Of a stretch of DNA of 64,000 nucleotides, positions 59,049 to 64,000 are shown in pieces. A model generated the notes under the pieces. The model made no database searches. It was not told the DNA's origin and saw only the letters and a list, made by a program, of their open reading frames with translations. The translations under genes were made by a program, and so were the position numbers. Source of the stretch: Haliotis cracherodii. Taxonomy: Eukaryota. Each line of letters starts with the position of its first letter. Within the stretch, counting starts at the first letter, position 1. The stretch lies in contig NW_027266319.1 in the NCBI RefSeq assembly GCF_022045235.1, forward strand, positions 26,784,001 through 26,848,000, in the 5' to 3' direction.

Positions 59049-62000
59049 AAAGTTTTCGCTCGTCAAGCCGAAGGCCCTGGTTCGAATCCCCACATGGGTA
59101 CAATGTGTAAGGCCTATTTCTGTTGTCCTCGCCGTGATATAGCTGGAATATTGCTAAAAGCGGCATAAAACCATACTCACACACCATAAAACAGTATACT
59201 GATCACACTAGGATCGCGGTCCTCAAAGCGTTGTTAACTTCTTAAAGCTAGGACAATCCAGGTCTCAGCACTAAGATCGCAATGTCAAACAGAACACTGG
59301 CCACACATTTCTGGTTACATTCTGGATGCAAAAGAAACTCTACGCCAAACGATTCTTTCTATCCGTAGATATTCTTTATCCACCGTGCATCAATCTGCAT
59401 GTATATACAGTGTGGGTTGAAGCCTCGGGTAACATTGCACCATGTCAGGTCGAGTTTATAAAACTGGTTTTATGTTTCAGAGCCTATCCTGTAGACGAGT
59501 ACCCGTCCAGGAGTCGCCACGCCGCCGCCATCATGCATATGATCATGAATAACCTTGACCCACACGTGGCACAGTTTCCTCAAGAACTCATCACTTATGG
59601 AGGAAATGGACAAGTATTTTCTAATTGGGCTCAGGTATATAGCATACCCTATTGCATGACGCGAGGGTTTATGTCTTATTCTTGACTCCCGTTAGGTCAA
59701 ATCCTTTCTGTGGGTTTAAACCATGGGTTGTGCTTATCCTACCTTTCCCCAGGGTCGCGGGCAACTTCTATAGTGTGAAACCCAGAGTACTGGATATCTT
59801 GGCGTCCCTACTACTTAATCCAGGAGTATGTTTTGTATTAATCTTTTGACTCCAAAGTAGGTTACCTTGATTTATTTAACTTGGTCCCTGTAACTGCCGC
59901 CCGGAGAGCGGAAGGTCCGGGGTTCGATCCCCGGCCGCGTCATACCAAAAGACGTTAAAAGATGGTACTTGTTATTACCCTGTCTGGCGCTCGGCATTAA
60001 GGGGCTAAAACAAGGACTGGTCGGCTCGGAGTCAGTATACTGTGTCTGAGTGGGGTATTCATGTTAAACTGCGGCATGGTATCTCAGTGGGCTAGCACTA
60101 TAAATCGGCATCAGTCCGGACTAGTACAAACAGCCACACAAACACACACACGTGCATGCACGTCGCTATATAAGTGCAATAATCTTGGACGCGACGTTAA
60201 CCCAAGTTCACCTCACCCTGTAACTGCCTTTCGTCAGTGAGAAAGTTTGCTGACTGTTGGATCTATCCCATTAAGGCACAGGTGGCCGACTGGTCTGGCA
60301 TGTCGCTGTTGGGTCCCCGAGTCTCATAGTGAACTGTAATACTACCAAAGCGGCGTTAAAGTCAACTAACTCATTCGATCGCTCACTGTAGTTACCATTA
60401 CCTTTATTTGCCACTGCAGTTCTGGATAGTGATGAACTACCTGTCCAAGATGTCAGATGACCAGACGCTGGTCATGTACTCCGGACATCCCATGGGACTC
60501 TTCCCCAGCAGTCCGTCCTCACCCCGTCTCGTGGTGTCCAATGGAATGGTGAGTCGACCCCTCATAGTACCAGACCCCCTCCTCCATCTCGTGGTGTTGT
60601 CGCCTCAAAGTAGCACACCCGCTCCCTCCGATCGAGGTGTCCAATGGAATGGTGAGTTGACGTGACACGACCTCAAAGTAGCACACCCGCCCCCTCCGAT
60701 CGAGGTGTCCAATGGAATGGTGAGTTGACGTGACACGACCTCAAAGTAGCACACCCGCTCCCTCCGATCGAGGTGTCCAATGGAATGGTGAGTTGACGTG
60801 ACACGACCTCAAAGTAGCACACCCGCCCCCTCCGATCGAGGTGTCCAATGGAATGGTGAGTTGACGTGACACGACCTCAAAGTAGCAGCCTTCTGCACCC
60901 TCCCTACTCGTTATGTAAAATGGAATGGTGAGTTGACATAACCTCATAATAGCAGCCCGTCTTCACCCCGACTCATTGTGTCCAATGGAATGGTAAGCAT
61001 CCTACTGTGCCACGTTCCAAACATAAATCTTAGGGCCTCGAACTCTTCAAACATGGTTGATTCTCTCCAATTTAAATATTTAAGCATATGAGAAAAAGTT
61101 CTAATATGAATTGTTTTTTCGTTTTCGGCTTTTGTTTTTTGCTATAGCCAGCAGGAAAACACAATAAGCCTCTGTGCATCTTTTTCTTTTTTTTCTTTTT
61201 TTGGGGGTGGGTGTATTCATCAAAAAAGGACCATTCAAGTTTTATTCAACTTATATAATTGCTGTCCATAAAACTCGTTCATCATATATATGTGCTACAT
61301 TGGCGCATCTCCAGAGCCTGGCACTGGTCCAGAAGGCGGAGTGGTCCAGTACACCCATTCCCTATACTACCACAAATAAAGAAACGTTTCTGGCATAAGC
61401 ATAAATGTAATCCACCCCCATCCCCCACCCTTCCCGTATCAAACTGCCTGTCCCTTTGAGCCATAAATACGCAGCAAGGACGATGTGTTTACTTCTTGCA
61501 GGTGGTGCCCAACTACTCGTCCCGGGACATGTACGAGAAGATGTTTGCACTGGGTGTTACAATGTGAGTGACGGAACAGCCAGGGTGTTCATTGTCGGAT
61601 AGGAACACTACTTGATTCCTGAGAAGATGTTGAGACAGAAACTACAAACAATATATATTTCACTCACTTCGTGCGATTCCTGTTAAAATATCCAAGACAT
61701 TAACTTCTGTAAAATAAATGGTATGCCATTCTCCCAAAGAAGAAAAGTGAATGATTGACAATTAAACCATCAACGATTCGTGAAATACATCTATGTGTCA
61801 TATTTACACCTGACAAGACACCCGGTGTTGTAGGTACGGGCAGATGACGGCTGGGAGTTTCTGCTACATAGGACCCCAGGGCATCGTCCACGGCACCACG
61901 GTAAGTCTCGTAATCACAAACGCCGTGAAACTCGTTGACTCGATACATATATCGCAGACTGTACATTTTACAAGACAGGAGCTGCACGTGCAAGCCATGC

Positions 62001-62432
62001 AACACGTGATATCTGGATGTGCTTGATTAAAAAAAGTTCACTTGGGGTTTTATTCCAGTTAGACCAAACTTTGGGTGAATCGAAAAGAGGTTAGATTCGA
62101 GTAAGTCTTTATAGAGTGACCAAAACTAATATAAAAAAGAACATCGTTTGTGCTACATCGACATGGTACAGAAAGCTGAGGGTTTTGATAGATAGTTGAC
62201 AAATATTTACTGATTGGATATGTCTGACTTCATATAATTGTCGATTGTGATGTTCCTAAACAGTTGATGTTGACACATGTGCTTGTAGCTGACGGTGCTG
62301 AACGCTGCGCGGAAACACATGGGTACCAGCAATCTGGCGGGGAGGGTGTTTGTGACGTCAGGTCTGGGGGGAATGAGCGGTGCTCAGGCCAAGGCCGCCG
62401 TCATCTGCGGGTGTGTTGGAGTAGTAGCCGAG
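56318..62432 (+). CDS. UROC1: Urocanate hydratase, 5' part; exons 56318-56443, 58356-58486, 59481-59634, 60420-60548, 61502-61563, 61834-61900, 62289-62432; continues beyond the window
   Basis: VPHAPIRTP, NALRYFP, YGHIYMYRF, AAAIMHMIMNNLDPHVAQFPQELITYGGNGQVFSNWAQ, QTLVMYSGHP, YGQMTAGSFCYIGPQGIVHGT, VTSGLGGMSGAQ. All introns GT-AG with matching phases. Confidence 0.97.
57220..57665. repeat. 25-bp minisatellite in UROC1 intron
   Basis: Unit GTCACTGATAACTGATTGTGTACAA. Confidence 0.93.
57880..58123 (-). mobile_element. Retroposon family A, diverged
   Basis: Body, tail and decayed 5' motif. Confidence 0.8.
58500..59182 (+). repeat. Compound array: six SINE-C head segments alternating with (GAT)n tracts; the last unit continues into a complete SINE tail
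   Basis: TTAAAGTGTTCGCTCGTCAAGCCGAAGGCCCTGGTTCGAAT(A/C)CCCACATGGGTACAA occurs six times. Confidence 0.9.
59899..60215 (+). mobile_element. Meta/MESC-domain tRNA SINE (family D), slightly 5'-truncated
   Basis: B box GGTTCGATCCCC followed by GTCATACCAAAAGACGTTAAAAGATGGTAC...GGCGCTCGGCATTAAGGG. 13-bp TSD CCCTGTAACTGCC at 59886-59898 and 60216-60228. Confidence 0.85.
60549..60998 (+). repeat. 68-bp tandem repeat derived from the UROC1 exon-4 donor junction
   Basis: (GTGTCC)AATGGAATG|GT recurs with GT at 60652, 60720, 60788, 60856, 60928 and 60993. Confidence 0.9.
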
Positions 62433-62587
62433 GTGAGATGTGCGACGAGCTCCTTGGTGTGACTGGATTCACACTTTGTGTGTGTGTATGTATATATTAT
62501 TTGTCATTATTTAGTATTTTCTTTTTCAAGTGTTGCATTTTTATCACATTAACAGTAACTGTATGCTCGATCGCAAACAGGTTTTAA

Positions 62588-64000
62588 TTAACGGTCATAA
62601 TGTTTAACTTAACGGTCATAATGTTTAACTTAACGGTCAAAAGGTTTAACTTAACGGTCATAATGTTTAACTTAACGGTCATAATGTTTAACTTAACGGT
62701 CAAAAGGTTTAAATTAACGGTCATAATGTTTAACTTAACGGTCATAATGTTTAACTTAACGGTCATAATGTTTAACTTAACGGTCATAATGTTTAACTTA
62801 ACGGTCATAATGTTTAACTTAACGGTCAAAAGGTTTAACTTAACGGTCATAATGTTTAACTTAACGGTCATAATGTTTAACTTAACGGTCAAAAGGTTTA
62901 AATTAACGGTCATAATGTTTAACTTAACGGTCATAATGTTTAACTTAACGGTCATAATGATTAACTTAACGGTCATAATGTTTAACTTAACGGTCAAAAG
63001 GTTTAACTTAACGGTCATAATGTTTAACTTAACGGTCATAATGTTTAACTTAACGGTCAAAAGGTTTAAATTAACGGTCATAATGTTTAACTTAACGGTC
63101 ATAATGTTTAACTTAACGGTCATAATGTTTAACTTAACGGTCATAATGTTTAACTTAACGGTCAAAAGGTTTAACTTAACGGTCATAATGTTTAACTTAA
63201 AGGTCATAATGTTTAACTTAACGGTCAAAAGGTTTAAATTAACGGTCATAATGTTTAACTTAACGGTCAAAAGGTTTAACTTAACGGTCATAATGTTTAA
63301 CTTAACGGTCATAATGTTTAACTTAACGGTCATAATGTTTAACGGTCATAATGTTTAACTTAACGGTCATAATGTTTAACTTAACGGTCATAATGTTTAA
63401 CTTAACGGTCAAAAGGTTTAACTTAACGGTCATAATGTTTAACTTAACGGTCATAATGTTTAACTTAACGGTCAAAAGGTTTAAATTAACGGTCATAATG
63501 TTTAACTTAACGGTCATAATGTTTAACTTAACGGTCATAATGTTTAACTTAACGGTCATAATGTTTAACTTAACGGTCAAAAGGTTTAACTTAACGGTCA
63601 TAATGTTTAACTTAACGGTCATAATGTTTAACTTAACGGTCAAAAGGTTTAAATTAACGGTCATAATGTTTAACTTAACGGTCATAATGTTTAACTTAAC
63701 AGTCATAATGTTTAACTTAACGGTCATAATGTTTAACTTAACGGTCAAAAGGTTTAACTTAACGGTCATAATGTTTAACTTAACGGTCATAATGTTTAAC
63801 TTAACGGTCAAAAGGTTTAAATTAACGGTCATAATGTTTAACTTAACGGTCAAAAGGTTTAACTTAACGGTCATAATGTTTAACTTAACGGTCATAATGT
63901 TTAACTTAACGGTCATAATGTTTAACGGTCATAATGTTTAACTTAACGGTCATAATGTTTAACTTAACGGTCATAATGTTTAACTTAACGGTCAAAAGGT
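62588..64000. repeat. 21-bp satellite with higher-order structure in a UROC1 intron; runs off the window
   Basis: Unit TTAACGGTCATAATGTTTAAC with CAAAAGG and TTTAAA variants in regular order. Confidence 0.97.

Noticed and set aside
62584-63941. 196-252 aa heptad-repeat ORFs
   Set aside because: Translation of an intronic 21-bp satellite open on both strands.

Overview
Intron-rich, repeat-dense animal genomic DNA, most consistent with a mollusc (probably a gastropod; inferred from the SINE repertoire and gene content). Six spliced protein-coding genes can be built with consistent GT-AG phases: an Ala-rich orphan protein (746-2219, +), a secreted Cys-rich/2xTSP1/2xchitin-binding protein (8058-14764, +), ALG10 (-) head-to-head with an SLC35A2-like UDP-Gal transporter (+), CHCHD4/MIA40 (+), and the first seven coding exons of UROC1 (+). 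Most long entries in the ORF track are translations of minisatellites. Mobile DNA includes four SINE families with related 3' tails, Harbinger-type and Tigger-type MITEs, decayed Tc1 and mariner copies, an R4/Dong-like 3' fragment, a probable solo LTR and Penelope-type fragments. The most notable observations are: (1) about 20 copies of a tRNA-less retroposon whose sharply defined 5' end folds into a four-way junction with kissing loops, a candidate new ribozyme or structured RNA; (2) minimal hammerhead ribozymes, including a U3-A8 covariant family, two of them in TSD-flanked ~90-100 bp inserts; (3) tandem repeats seeded from splice junctions that create arrays of decoy donors or acceptors in UROC1 and CHCHD4; (4) 30-35 bp hairpins with 7-bp TSDs that look like P-element excision footprints. 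All of this was read by eye; no alignment, folding or database search was run.
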